The notes under the pieces: generated by a model | What the model was told of the DNA's origin: nothing | Database searches by the model: none | The model's input: only the letters and a program-made list of their open reading frames with translations | Shown here: positions 1 to 15,650 of the stretch, one piece after another | Layout: every line of letters begins with the position of its first letter | Numbering within the stretch: position 1 is the stretch's first letter | From: the human T2T-CHM13v2.0 reference genome, Homo sapiens | Assembly (NCBI RefSeq): GCF_009914755.1 | Contig: NC_060934.1 | DNA: 64,000 nucleotides | Reading direction: 5' to 3' (one strand) | Program-made: the position numbers and the translations under genes

Positions 1-800
1 GGGAGTCCTTTCCCCATGGCTTAGTCTTATTGACTTTGTTGAAGATCAGTTGGTTGTTGCTGTGTGGCTTTATTTGTGGGTTTATTTCTTATTCTGTTGG
101 TCTATGTGTCTATTTTTGTACCAGCACCATGCTATTTTGGTTACTGTAGCCTTGTAGTATAGTTTGAAGTCAGGTAATATGTTTGTTCTTTTTGTTTAAG
201 GTTACTTTAGCTATTCATGCTCTTTTGTGGTTCCAGAATTTTAGAATACTTTTTCTTCTAATTCTATGAAAAATGACATTCACAATTTGATAGGAATAGT
301 GTTGAATCTTTAGATTGCTTTGGGCAGTATGGACATTTTAATAATATTGATTCTTCCAATCCATGAGCATGGAATGTTTTTCCATTTGCTTGTGTTGTCC
401 ATGATTTCTTTCAGCAGTGTTTTATAGTTCCCTTACAGAGATCTTTCACCTCTTTGGTTAGATATATTAATATTTCTGGGTATTTTATTATCGTGTGTGT
501 GTGTGGCTATTGTTAATGAAATAGCATTCTTCATTTGGCTCTCAGCTTGAATGTTGTTGCTATATAGAAATGCTACTGATTTTTGTATGTTGATTTCATA
601 TCCTGAAGCCTTAGTGAAGTTGTTTATCAGGTCTAGGAGCCTTTTGGCAAAGTCTAGGTTTTTCTAAGTGTAGAATTGTGTATCTTTTCATATGTTTATA
701 TGCATCTGTTTGTGTTCTTTGGTGAGGTGGTTGTTCAGATCTTTTGCCCATTTTTTTAATTGGTTTTTTAAAAATTGAATTTTAAGAGTTCTTTGTATAA
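1..800 (-). mobile_element. L1 LINE fragment(s), ORF2 3' region, antisense; truncated by window edge
   Basis: Typical antisense L1 text (ttttgtaccagcaccatgctattttggttactgtagccttgtagtatagtttgaagtcagg; ttgattcttccaatccatgagcatggaatgtttttccattt). Confidence 0.9.
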
Positions 801-954
801 CTTTACTTATTTTTCACACCCAAATTTTCTAAGTATTTTGAGAGACCTTAAATGTGATCATCAACTTCTTAACTTCATAGATTTTAAAAGTTAGTTCAGA
901 ATAAAGTTTACCCTTCCTCATTAATACACTTAATAATGCTTAGTTTTAACAAAT

Positions 955-1033
955 TATATACATACACACACACACACGCATATATATATATACACACACA
1001 CACACACATACACATACACACACACATACACAC
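955..1033. repeat. Compound (TA)n/(CA)n microsatellite
   Basis: Directly visible. Confidence 0.95.
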
Positions 1034-1576
1034 AATCACTCCTTAAATGTGCAAGACCGGGACTTGACTTTGAGAAATTTCAATTCAGGAAGGAAAATTC
1101 AATGGGAGGTATTATTATAGATTTAATTTGATGGGAAACGAGGCAGAAAATTTCAAGGACATTATCCCCTTTATATTCTCTTCATCCTTTGCTGATTCTG
1201 GCTTTAAAAGACTTCAGAAGTCTTCCAGAGACATTTATGCATTTTCTGAAGGAATGGTAAAAATCCTAATTCTGGGTAACTTTGTTTTACTCCAAACTCT
1301 TGGTGCTAAGATTCTGTTCCGTAGTTTCTCACCAAAGCATTCTGTCCCCTTCAGATAGTCAAACATATGACAAACAAAAATACCCACACCCTCTTTCCTT
1401 TCCTACCTGGTGCTAATTGGAAAGGGTACCTGGTCAGCGCATTTATTTCACTTTCAGTCATGGGGGAGTCTAATTATGTTTGATTTAACCAAATAATACA
1501 AAATTCCTCAGTTCTTGCTTATGGATTTGGACTTCAAAGCATCTTGCCTTTACCTCTCAGAAGCTGTTCTCACTTG

Positions 1577-1899
<323 letters not shown>

Positions 1900-2989
1900 T
1901 GAATCAGGATGCCTAGGTCAGTGAGAGCCTGTGTGAGCCAAAAACAGCCACGTTCATCTTTGAAAAAACTTAGGCCGACAAATCAAGTTTTTAATTACAG
2001 GAAATAATCACCAACTACTGGAGATGCAATTAAAGGCATTTTTCTCTGAGAGTAGCTTGTTTGTCTTTTATATTTTTCCCCAAAGCTCATTATAAAAAAT
2101 ACTATGTTCTTTCATACTTACAGTCTCAACTCTATCACTTCCTGCTGTGAGTATGGAAATGAATTTTGTTGAAATCAAAGAAATTAGTTAATAAGATTTT
2201 TTTTAGCCTGTTAGTAGAAGTGGCTTAACGTTTATAAAGAATATTTGCTTTGCTCATAATTTAACTGAATGAGACATCTGACCTCTGCTGTCTATCAAAT
2301 TCATTACCGCTTTCTGGGACCCATGAACTGCCTTACATTGTACTAGTTGAGAACTGATGAAATAAAACCATAACTCGATTCATCAAACTGTTTAGAATTC
2401 AAATGTTGAGACATATCTCACTTAATAACATGAGGGTATTTTGTTTTTCTTTTTAAATTGTTCACTCTGGCCTTTAGTAGCCACCAGGGAGACATGTGAG
2501 TTTGGAAGGGCATCTCAGGTCAATCCTAAAAGCCTGCAGAAGAACTGAGCTGGCAGAATATAATCCTGCAGGTTGAAACTTAGCCAGCCTTTGAAATTAT
2601 TTTCATCGGGAAAGTACTACAGGATTTTTTAAAATGACATAGTAGACACCCTACTCAGAAGCCTACTCCCTAATTTTTTTTTCTAGTTACTCATTTGCCA
2701 AGATGACTTGTTTATTTGAAAGTTGTTGTGATGGAAGTTGGATTATGTATATTATGATTGCTTTTCTTCCTGTGTATTATTTTCATTTGAAAATGTCAAA
2801 GTATCTCACCATTTTCCTATTTTATAGACTAGTAAACTGAGTTATATGATTTTGGTGAATTTAAGCTTCCAGGGCTAGATCTCCATTTAGCTTTCTCTTC
2901 TACTATTTAGCGCAGTCCATACAAAGCTAGCTGCACCAGAGAGCATTTTATCTGAATCCTATTCTTGTTCACCATGCCTTCAGCAAGCA

Positions 2990-4800
2990 CATTTTACAGA
3001 GCGTCCACACGCCGGCCAATAGAACTGCAGGTGTGAGCAGTTCCATTAACCTGCCCTCAAGCCTTAGTGGGAGAGATGGCACAGAATTGCTATATAGGAT
3101 GTGAATGCTCACTCAAGGGACAGAGCATACAAGGAGACCAGAGAAACAGACCATGGGAACACTAGAGGGAACAAAAGGATAAGAGGCAGTTTGGGTCAGG
3201 GAAGGCTGAGGCTTGAAGAGTGAGTTGGAGTTTGCCAGACACAGAAGAGACCCTTGGAAGCAAAGAGATCATGGTATGTCCTGTGCAGAGTTTAATGAGC
3301 ACAGCGTGTGTAGGGGACATGCTTGGACATGAGACAGCTGGGGCTGAATCAATGAAGTACCTGGTTAAGATGTTTGGACTTAATCCTGTAGGCACTGGGA
3401 AGCAACTAAAAGGTAAATAGGGAAGTGACATATCAAATTTGCACTTTAGGCAAGTCCAATGAGAAGGGTTTGAGTTCCATCTTATGAAAAGCTGCTTCTA
3501 GATGCCCTGCAATTTATACAGCTGCCATATATTAATCTCCTACTGTGTGCCTGGGCATGCCCATACATGTTTTTCTTTACTTTTTACGCTTTTTTCTCTA
3601 CTGGCTCTTAACCTGCCTCATCCTATGCCAAGTTTATAAACATATTTCAATTTAATATTATAAATAAAATAATAATACAAAGCCATTAAGATGAAGAGAT
3701 TGCCATTGCTGTTGCATTCAGCAACTGGGAGTCCCTGCAAATTTGGGAAGAGCTGGTTCAGTGGAGGGCACGGGCACTGGGGTGGTGACTGATTGAGAGG
3801 TAAGGAAGGGGAAGTGGGAATATAGATGCTCCTTCTGGAAGGTGGACTGTGAAAGGAAGGAGTTAACCAGTGAAGGCTATAAGATGTGTGGGCCCTACAG
3901 AGGCCTGAGAGGAGAGACCCTGAAGGCATGGAAACAGTTGGTGGGTGGATTTGCTTTTAATAGGGGAAAGAGGAGGAGAAGGTGGAGGAGGAGGGATGGA
4001 AATATTTTTTCCACTGCCAATGATGGAAGATCGCAGTTGGGGCTGAATTGTCCTCATGGAGGAGGAGGAGGAGGAGGAAGTTGTAGAAGGTTTACTGCTT
4101 GCCATCGAATTTTCCAACAAAGATCTTCCACTGAAAATGAGAGAAGAGGTTGATGAGGAAGGAGACTGGAAGAGAAGGGACAAGCTTGAGAGAGTTTCCG
4201 TGTGGGAAGGAGAGGGGAATGTTGAGAAGGATTGTCACTAGGGCCCTGGCAAGGGTAGGGACCTCTAGTAGGTAGTCTCAGTAATGACCAGCAACACAGT
4301 GTGGGAACAGGAAAGGATGCTGGGACCCCCTGGGATTGAGATTGGGCTGTGTGGGGGTGGTAGGAGGGAAGGTAAGTGGTCAGAGGAGCTGAAGGCTTTG
4401 AGAAAAGTATGGGCAAGTGCTAGATCATGGCACCCAGTCTTTTTAATAGTAGGCTGAAAGAAGATACAGATGGTCAAAGATTTGGGGATTGTGGGAGCCA
4501 ACAGGTTGTTATCAAAAGCGAAGAGAATAGAGTTGAAGATTTCAGATGTAGAGCAACAGTTCCGAGTGATACTAAGCTCCAAGGTATGGCAGTTCGTGTG
4601 CAGAGGCTAGGCAAGAGTCCTAGGAGATAAGGAGGCCGAAAAACCTGGAGACCAAAGAACCAGGAGGTCAAAGAATCTGGAGGTGCCAAGCCTTGTCCTA
4701 AGGGCCCTGAAACCCTCAGGGTGATGGCAAAAATTGGAGGGAAGAGAGAGTGAAAGTAGAACTCCCAAATCTTCAATGAACAGTGGGCTCATTATCTGCA
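2990..4800 (-). mobile_element. Degraded L2 LINE pieces
   Basis: GA-rich antisense L2-like text; the minus-strand ORF at 4607-4801 (FIEDLGVLLSLSL...) resembles the L2 endonuclease region; includes (GGA)7 at ~4058-4078. Confidence 0.65.
3553..3572. promoter_or_regulatory. Candidate p53-family response element GGGCATGCCC-ATACATGTTT
   Basis: 19/20 match to RRRCWWGYYY x2, no spacer, both cores CATG; motif only, function untested. Confidence 0.55.
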
Positions 4801-5143
4801 TAAGAGTGAGGATTCATGGGAAATGTGCTCCCCAGAAGAAAGCTTCTTACTTGCATTAAAAATATTAAGAGTAACTCTGAAAACATGATTTTAATCACAA
4901 TTTCTCTCAGTGGATTTTAGGGTTTTGGAAAAGGCCACAAGTGCCCTAAAGTAGAAGTCTATTGAGATAATGAAAGTTTACTGAAAATTGTATCTGCAAA
5001 CATTACCTGTCATTCATCTCTCAGGTGAGGTTGTATGAGTGTAAAAAAAAAAAAGTTCTTTCTTTTTTGCTAACTTTCACCTTATCACAATAATGCAACA
5101 GGAAGAGAGTTTCAACAAAGCATAATATAAACAGATGTCTCTC

Positions 5144-5437
5144 TTTTTTTTTTTTTTCAGACGGAGTCTTGCTCTGTCACCCAGGCTGGAGTGTAGTGGT
5201 GTGATCTCGGCTCACTGCGACCTCCACCCCCAGATTCAAGCGATTCTCCTGCCTCAGCCTCCCAAGTAGCTGGGGTTACAGGTGCCCACCACCATGCCTG
5301 GCTAATTTTTGTAATTTTAGTGAGACAGGGTTTCACCATGTTGGCTAGGCTGGTCTCAAACTCCTGACCTCAGGTGCTCCACCTGCCTCGGCCTCCCAAA
5401 GTGCTGGGATTACAGGCATGATCCACCGTGCCTGGCC
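5144..5437 (-). mobile_element. Alu (AluS-type)
   Basis: Full dimer with T tail. Confidence 0.95.
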
Positions 5438-5782
5438 ATGAAGTCTCTCTTAAGACCTTTTATTGTGTGGGGCAGGGGGTTGTTTAAAATACATCCAGTG
5501 GGAATGGCAAATTGTGCCCTCTTTTCAAAGTTTGTTTTTCCTCCATCATCTATATTTGAGTTGTTCTGTGTGAATAAGTTTTGGAATGCTTCCTCCTTCT
5601 TGTTGACCACAGTGGTTGTTGACATAGACAGAGGTTGTTGGGATAGGAAGAGATCCCTGAGGTTGTCTTGTGGACAACAAAGACCCACGATAACTTTTCT
5701 TCCCATATAAGCATGGGCTATCCTAGAGCCCAGTCCCCTGTGGGATATGACCAACAATTATCTTAGAAAATTTCACTCAATC

Positions 5783-6072
5783 GGCTGGGCATGGTGGCTC
5801 ACGCCTGTAGTCCCAGCACTTTGAGAGGCTGAGGCGGGCGGATCACCTGAGGTCAGGAATTCCAGACCAGCCTGGCCAACATGGTAAAACCCTGTCTCCA
5901 CTAAAAATACAAAAAAGTAGCCAGGCATGGTGGCAGGTGCCTGAAATCCCAGCTATTAGGGTGGCTGAAGCAAGAGAATCACTTGAACCTGGGAGGCGGA
6001 GGTTCTAGTGAGTCAAGATCGCACCATTGCACTCCAGCTTGGGCAACAAGAGTGACACTCCATCTCAGAAAA
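5783..6072 (+). mobile_element. Alu (AluS-type)
   Basis: Full dimer; TSD agaaaa(t/c)ttcactcaatc. Confidence 0.95.
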
Positions 6073-7240
6073 AGAAAACTTCACTCAATCATTTCACTTC
6101 TACCTCTCCCAGTCCTCTTTGGAGCGTGAGGACACTTGTAAGGCAGTCTGTGGGGACAGTAACTTATAGGTTGTGTCCTGTCCGGTAGTGGGCTTTCATC
6201 AGAAGTATGCTTTTGGTCACACTACACCATTTTTTTATACCACCATAGAGTTGACAAACAGCATTCACCCATTTCATTTTGCTTTACTACTCCGATGTGG
6301 AGAAAAAAAAAATCTAAGGATTACATTTCTCTTGCAGATTTTTTAGATCAATAGCTATTATTTAAATACAGGGAATCCTGAAAGTCTAAGACTAAAAAAT
6401 TTGGGTTCCTTTTGTATATGTTAAATTCTCCCATATACACATGGGTCTGTAAATAAAAATAAATAGGTGGCCCCTACCCTTGCAGTTGCATAGAGAAACT
6501 AGACCCTGAAATAAAATGGAACAACATTGGAGGATTTTTGTTTAGTGGATTAAAAATTCAATAATACTTGAAAACTTTGTCCAGCTCTTCAACAGAGATA
6601 TTTGGATGAGTTTTCTGGCTTTTCTAATCAGGAAAGGCTTGTTGGAGAATTAAAGGAGATATGATTGAGGAAATAAAACACAATACAAGATTTTTCTGGA
6701 TTTATTATGAATAAAAAGGGACCCCAGAGGATTAAGTGGATGTAGTTTGCAGTTGAGGTTAAGTGGTCATGGCAGTTTACCGTGGACATTGTTTAACTGA
6801 TGGAAAACTCCAAAAGACTGACCAAGGAATTGAAGTAGACCAATTTGGACCAATAACTTGGAGCTCAGAATTAACCACTGTATTTCTCTATTCCAAATAC
6901 CCATTCCTCTTCCCTGGAACCTCAGGCTGGCCACACAAACTTTCTTGAAAATTCTTGGGGTTCTGCCTTTACAGGAAGGCCATTTGCCTCACTCATCAGA
7001 AGTATTAGAGGTTTATTCTGCACAATCATGAAGAGGTTAAAGAGAAGGGTAGGGAGGCCATGAGGGTTCTTACATTCCATCTTGAGTCAACCATCTCCTG
7101 TTACCCTCTGAAAAGTGGCAGAATTTGTCCCAGACTTTTTTTTGTTGCACTTCATATCTACTATGGAATTACATTTATAGCTAATGCATTAACTCTAAAA
7201 ATGGAGAAACCCATTGCTCTGCTGTTTTCATGGTAAGGAA

Positions 7241-7255
7241 AAACTGCTGAGTCAT
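7241..7255 (-). promoter_or_regulatory. Candidate ARE/MARE (NRF2/BACH1/NFE2-sMAF site)
   Basis: AAACTGCTGAGTCAT = AWWNTGCTGAGTCAT, exact extended consensus; motif only. Confidence 0.5.
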
Positions 7256-7389
7256 GATTGACATGGGCTGTTTCAAGAGTTTCCACGGAGTGAAGGTAAA
7301 CGCTTAGGATATCGCAGCCTGAGTGAGAGGCACTGCAAAGTGTGGCCGCTACTTGAAGTTCTTCATGGTGAGTGGAGAGGGAATCCTGA

Positions 7390-7906
<517 letters not shown>

Positions 7907-8447
7907 GGGAAGTCTTTTTTAATGGCAATAACCAAATGAACTCTCTTGACCTTGCTGCCTCTGCAGGCACTGCCCCGCCCCGGCCCTTCCACTCTAGAGG
8001 AAAGCACCTGGCATTTAGCATCTTTACACACAGGAAACAACAGATATGCTCAGGGACTTTTCCTCTAGCTTGTAACCAGGGATGGCTGTTGGGCTTGGCA
8101 GCCGTCAGGCTGAGAGTGACTCAGCTTAAAAGGTTTCATTGTTGATATCTGCCCTGAGCATTCCCCTTTGGACTTGGAGTTCCAGGATGTCTTGTGTCTG
8201 TGCTTCAGCATCTGAAGCCCCTTGTTGCCTGTTCTTAAGGTAGACTGCATTATCAACGGTGTCTTAAATTAATAGCTTCTCTCTACTGACTATTCACTTG
8301 TCACAGCTGACATGAAGGTTCTCAGTCCTGAGTGCCTATTAATGAAGCTCACAGATAGAGTGCAGAAACCCTTTGCAAGATCTGTTTTGCCAGCTTGCTG
8401 GTGTCCTGGCATGAAGGTCTCCGACCGACGTCTTTGAAATAGTTCCT

Positions 8448-8751
8448 GGCCGGGTGCGGTGGCTCACGCCTGGAATCCCAGCACTTTGGGAGGCCAAGGC
8501 GGGCGGATCACGAGGTCAGGAGATGGAGACCATCCTGGCTAAGACGGGGAAACACCGTCTCTAATAAAAATAGAAAAAATAGCCGGGCGTGGTGGCAGGC
8601 GCCTGTAGTCCCAGCTACTGGGGAGGCTGAGGCGAATGGCATGAACCTGGGAGGCGGAGCTTGCAGTGGGCCGAGATAGCGCCACTGCACTCCAGCCTGG
8701 GTGACAGAGCGAGACTCCGTCTCAAAAAAAAAAAAAAAAAAAAAAAAAAAA
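8448..8751 (+). mobile_element. AluY
   Basis: Diagnostic gatcacgaggtcaggagat...accatcctggctaa, CpG-rich, long pure A tail, exact TSD gaaatagttcct (8436-8447 / 8752-8763). Confidence 0.93.
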
Positions 8752-8826
8752 GAAATAGTTCCTTTCCACGTGGAGTGGACTGGCCACCTTGGGGCTCTAC
8801 ATTTGCCTGCTTGGTTCAGGCAGTTC

Positions 8827-9191
8827 TGTCCCATTTCATGTACATTTCACTCTTTTCCCCTACTAGCTTCTCACAGTTTAAATTATCGATGTGATTGCCT
8901 ACCCAGACATCTAATTCTTTCAACAGGTAGTGGTTTACAGACTCCAGTTTCTTTATGATCATCAAGACAGGGATTGAACAACTGGCACCTTCCCTGTCTG
9001 TCCATTGAGGGGCATGTGTTTGATGTGTGTGGATGCTACTTTCATTAGGCAAGTTAATGGCAGTTAGCTACGTTCACACTGAGGAGGAAATAGACCACCG
9101 TGTATGCATTTAGTAAACACCAGCGTAGTCAGTGGATCTGTTTCCTTAACAGAACATGGTTCTGCTCCACTGTACACTTCAACCAACTGCT
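8827..9191 (+). repeat. Donor copy of ~365-bp local inverted duplication
   Basis: Reverse complement aligns to 11753-12449 (minus the Alu); 35-bp exact match 9125-9159 vs 11785-11819. Confidence 0.95.
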
Positions 9192-10189
9192 TCAGAGCAA
9201 GCTTTTTCCTTAGAAAAGTTTTCATTTAATTAGGATTTAGAAAGGAACGTGGAAACTTTAAGATCTCCATTTAGTCTTCTGCATACTTCAGAGACTTCTG
9301 ATGTCTCCTACAGGGACAGGAAAGGAGTCAGGGGTCTGAAACTCTAAGACCTGAAAGGCAAGTGCAATTCGGTCACTGTCCACATTGCCAGGGTGTCAAA
9401 TCACACATACCCTGCCTGAAAGTCTGGGAATTGGAGAATTTAAAATGACAATATTTTCTACTGTGGAATACCTTGCATTCTCCCACTCTGTAAACTACTA
9501 TTCTGGAGGCGGCCCCTCTCACTATATTTCAAAACCAGATGCTTTTCTCTGGAAATACTAGAAATGTCTCTCTTCTGGGCTGACCTAAAACCAACATAGT
9601 ATTGGGCATTGAAGTAAGGAGAAATATGGTCAGTGAGGCTAAGACCTCCTCTTCTGAGAATGAAAAATGACTGAGTATTTTGTGTTAGGTGGGACACTAT
9701 TTGTTAATAGAGAACTTATATCTTAAGTCTCTTAAAATAATTATAGCATCTCTTAGTTATTTCCAGCATAATCCAGGAGTGAGCATTCCAAGAACATCAT
9801 CTTACAACTTTTAATTAATATATCTTTCTCTAACCCTTAAAGAAATGCTGGTAACTGCTTGTCAGATGAGGAAAAGATGGATCATTATTCAAGTAAGATC
9901 CAATATGGGAAACTCAGATATAAATAGTTCAGCATTTTCGTTTCTTATCAAAGATTTATGACTGTGTCTATTTTAGGATTTATTTCTTCTGGACTATTTC
10001 AGGAGCCCCTTCACTGGTCTTTCAGCCTCAATTTCCTTTCCTCCGCCCCTTTGTTTGTTTCTCCCACTGCTCTGAGGACAGTTGTCATAAAGCTCAGTTC
10101 TAGACTTCTTGATTTGTGTCCCGGGTGCTTCCCCAGTTGTTCTCAGGCCAATTTCTCAGGCCCCTGTTTCACCATTTTATCCACACCTC

Positions 10190-11080
10190 CAACAGGCATT
10201 CCCTCCTGGTGGAACTTCTCCCTCTTCATCTGAGGGTGAAGGGTCTCTTTGTTGACACTGGTCCCTCTGCCGGGCATCCTCTCCCTTCTATACCTCCCTA
10301 TTGCTACCAATCCTTCCTTCACTAAGAAATCAACCTAAATGCCACCTTCTTCATCCCAGACATGCTACCACTCCTGAGCCAGGAGTAATTAATTCTTTGA
10401 CCTGTTGTATCGCTCTTATGGCACATGGCTCTTCTGTTTGATTTGGAAAAACGTATATCTCCTTATGCAAATTGTAAGTTCTTTGAAGGCAGGGTCCATG
10501 TTTAATTATTTTATTCTTTAATGTGCCTTAGTACTTAAAATGTCCTCTGCTGGCCAGCAGTAAGGGTGTCACCTGTGAGCTTGCTCAAAAAGCAGACTGT
10601 CAGCCCCCATCTCAGATATGTGGGATCAGAATTCACATTTTTTTTCTTTTTTCTTTTTGGAGACAGGGGCCCACTCTGTTGCCCAGGCTGGAGTGCAGTG
10701 GCACAATCATTGCTCACTGCAGCCTTGACCTCCTGGGCTCAAGCGATCTTCTCCCCTCAGCCTCCTGAATAGTTGGCCTTACAGGTGCACATCATCAAAC
10801 CCAGTTAATTTTTAAGTTTTTTTGTAGAGAGGTGTCTCCATGTTGCCAAGGCTGGTTGGTCTCAAACTCCTGGCCTCTCAAGCAGTCCTCCCGCCTAGGC
10901 TTTCCAAAGTGCTGGAATTACAGGAGTGAATCACTATGCCCGGCCAGGATCCACATTTTAACAAGGGGTCTCCAGGTGATTCCAATGCAGCTGAGTTGGG
11001 AGTTCTGGCTTTGTACATTGCACAGAACCTTGTATAAAGCAGAGACTCCCTGGATAGCTATTGAACAACTAATGAATAAA
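10190..11080 (+). mobile_element. L2 3' end interrupted by a MER5-like hAT relic (~10560-10990)
   Basis: ttgtaagttctttgaaggcagggtccatg (L2 tail); tcacctgtgagcttgctcaaaaagcagact...ttttaacaag...ccaggtgattc (MER5A-like). Confidence 0.6.
10638..10945 (-). mobile_element. AluJ
   Basis: gctcactgcagccttgacctcctgggctcaagcgatc; TSD cacatttt. Confidence 0.9.
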
Positions 11081-11752
11081 TCACATTAAAAGCTGAGTTT
11101 CTTCTCATTGACTTAGAGGGAGGTTACCTCATAATTACTCAAACATAGAAAACGTAACCCAACATGTACCATTTTCCTATGACCATTTTGAGTCTTAAAA
11201 ACGTGGAAACCCTTTTCTTCTTTTAAAATCTTGGATTTGTTATTTCAGATCACCTTTGATAGTTTTTCTTTCTTTCATTTTTTGTGTACCCTCACTGGGT
11301 AGTGTTTGGCCTTCGCGAAGAAGGATAGAGAGAAAGCTTGCTAATTGGGGCTAAATACAGATTATGTGCAAAAAAAGAAATTGCTAGCATCTAAAAATAA
11401 GCACTCTACACGTGTATAGTTTTATAATCTTATCAGCTGTGATCTTCAGGACCAAGTACGTGGCAACTACAGGAGGATGGTCTCTGTCGCTGTCAAAAGC
11501 TGAGTATTCCAACTCTCACTTACTTGATACCAACCACAGAAGGACATGAGACTGTAATACACTGGGATTTTCAAAATGCAAAAGAATTTGATATTAAAGG
11601 CTTGTTAGCTGTCTAGGAATAAAACAAGAATGGGGAGAAACATATAAAGTAAGGAAGATTATCTCTCTACAGCTAAAACCAGGCAAAAGGACCACCCACT
11701 ATGGCATATTGTGAAAATTTTGGGGGCTACTTTTGTTTGTCACAATAATTGG

Positions 11753-12449
<697 letters not shown>

Positions 12450-13053
12450 AAGGCCAGGGATACTAGATACCTTGCAAGGCATAGGATAGTCTCATACTGT
12501 GAAGAATTGTCACTTGAGGCCGTGACTTTAGAACATCCGGCCTGACATTTTGGTGGTGAAAAAGTGTTTTTATTAATAGACTCTAAAAATATTTTTATAT
12601 AAACAAAAATTAAATATATGCTAAATTTTTCAGGAATGCAATTACCATTTCAATTGAGAGGATACTGTCCTTTGTTTTGTTTAGAACTTTACTATACAGT
12701 AATGTCTCTGCTCATATCAGTCTGCATGTGTAACTATTGAATTCACACTGATTCTACTTAGAGGTAGCTCCTGATGTCATTGTACCTGAGCATTTGTATA
12801 TTGAAATGTTCCTTATTTGTTTAGAAATTTTTTTTTTCTCATTTATATAATAGGATATTGTATTGATTTTTTTAAATCTATGTGACTAAGCAAGTTTTAA
12901 AATAAGTATATCTCAGGATATAAAAAGAGGCCTTGGGTCTGATGGGTTTGAGAATTACTGGCATGGACAGCCTCATTAGTTCCTGTCTTAAGACAGAGGA
13001 TAATAAAAGTTAAAGGCTCAGACTTAATCAAAGGGTTAGAAATAGGAGTAGCG

Positions 13054-13370
13054 AGCCGGGCGCAGTGGCTCACGTCTATCATTCCAGCACTTTGGGAGGC
13101 CGAAGTGGGCGGATCACCTGAGGTCAGGAGTTTGAGACCAGCCTGGTCAACATGGCAAAACCTCTTCTCTACTAAATATACAAAAATTAGCCGGGCATGG
13201 TAGTACCTGCTTATAGTCTCAGCTACTCAGGAGGCTGAGGCAGGAGAATCACTTGAACTTGGAAGGCGGAGGCCATGGTGAGCCAAGATCGCACCACTGC
13301 ACTCCAGCCTGGGCGACAGAGGAAGACTCCATCTCAAAAAGAAAAAATAAATAAATAAAATAAAATAAAT
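13054..13370 (+). mobile_element. Alu (AluS-type)
   Basis: Full dimer with (AAAT)n tail. Confidence 0.95.
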
Positions 13371-13949
13371 AGTAAGAGCATATCCCACAGGAAAAGAAGC
13401 TGAGAGACAATCTTGGAGGGAATTCATGTATGGGGCAACTTGTCAGAATGAACAGAGCTTGGGCTCAGGAATTAATGCACTGAGTTTGGTGCTCTTCTCT
13501 TCAACTTTCAGAATTCAACTATCCTGAATTCTGGCTTCTGGGGGTCCCGGCAGGGTCAGAATGAATATTAGAGATAATGACCTTAAAACACCTAGCACAG
13601 AGTTGCAAAAAATGTTACAAATTGTAAATACTGTATATAATAACGCTAATGTCATCTGGCTCTTCAAAATGGAAAATGATGAAGCTATCTTACTGGCTTT
13701 TAGAGAAGTTGACCGAGTTTTCTACAATTGCTCATGGCTAGATTTTGGGGCCAGGCTCTAAAATCCAGGTTCTTTAGATTATTTTGAGCCTAACAACCAA
13801 CTTAGGTTTGACCTGACTTGAATCACTCTCTTCCTCTAAAATTCCCTGTACTCTTGGCTTTGTCCATACAGAACCTGTACATCAAATTACACCAAATATC
13901 ACAATCCTGTAGCTTTCTCATGGCAACGTAAGTGCCTTTGATATGTGAG

Positions 13950-14237
13950 TTTTTTCCTTTTTTTCTGGAAACAGGGTCTTGCTCTGTTGCCCAGGCTCTG
14001 ATCGTAGCTCACTGCAGCCTTGACCTCCCTGGCTCAAACAGTCCTCCCACCTCAGCCTCCCAAGTAGCTGAGACCATAGGTGTGCACCACCACGCCTGGC
14101 TAATTTTTTAATTTTTTTGTAGAGACAGAATCTCCCTATGTTGCTCAGGCTGGTTTGAAACTCCTGAGTTAATGTGATCTTCTCACCTTGGCCTCCCAAA
14201 GTACTGGGATTACAGGCATGAGCCACTGACTCAATCT
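13950..14237 (-). mobile_element. AluJ
   Basis: AluJ-type dimer with small internal deletion. Confidence 0.9.
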
Positions 14238-15036
14238 AGTTTTTTCCTTTTCAGTAGTCACTTTTACGCTTATGAGTAAACTACAATTTTATGAAGCCTG
14301 TGGATGCTGGAGTGATACTTACAGCCCTGGTGTGTCCTCTATGGGTTCAGCCTGCCCTGTGAACTAATGAAATTTAACCAGTGTGGTGCCTCCCTCCCAT
14401 TTAGACTTCTCTCTCTGACCAAACTGCCTCTGTTTTCCTTCCCTTTAGAGCCCCAGAAGCTGTGCATGCTCCATGTCCAGCAATAACTTTTCTCCTAGAT
14501 TCTTTACTGCTTGTTCGATTCCAGATGCAAGAGATATAGCTTCACCCGTGCTTCCTATCTTCCTGTGATTTCTCTGTTACCGCAGAGGGTAGTCACCAAC
14601 CTTTAGCTCAAACACTGATGCCGAGGCTACGTACAGAGAGATGCTTTACCAGTTACTCACCTTCCTCACTGGGCATCTGCAGAGACTCCTAGAGAAATGT
14701 TTGTAAGACAACATGAGTTATAAATTTTGCATTCAAAATCTTTTAAATTGGTAACAAAATGAATCCCTGTCCCACAGTGTGAAGAGATCACTGCTTAGTC
14801 AGTTTCCTTTTGGGAGAATTATTTCCAATTTTTTTAAGTTAAATGCTAGTTATTAGAAAAGTGACCACATGGCCACCTGAGTCTGTTCAGATCTTTTGGA
14901 CCATTTTCCTTCTCCTCTTCTGCACACCTCGATTTGCTTGTCACAGGTGTTCCAGAGATTCCTTCTGTTCTTGTCTTTGGCAGGATCATCTTGAATTGAG
15001 TAGTATAAATATATCCTGCCTCTGTTTCTACTATGA

Positions 15037-15650
<614 letters not shown>

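Noticed and set aside
3842-4416. Poly-E / poly-S / poly-P / poly-G ORFs
   Set aside because: All arise from one (GGA)7 tract inside degraded L2
8053-8063. GGGACTTTTCC, NF-kB-like
   Set aside because: One base longer than canonical GGGACTTTCC; too weak to call alone
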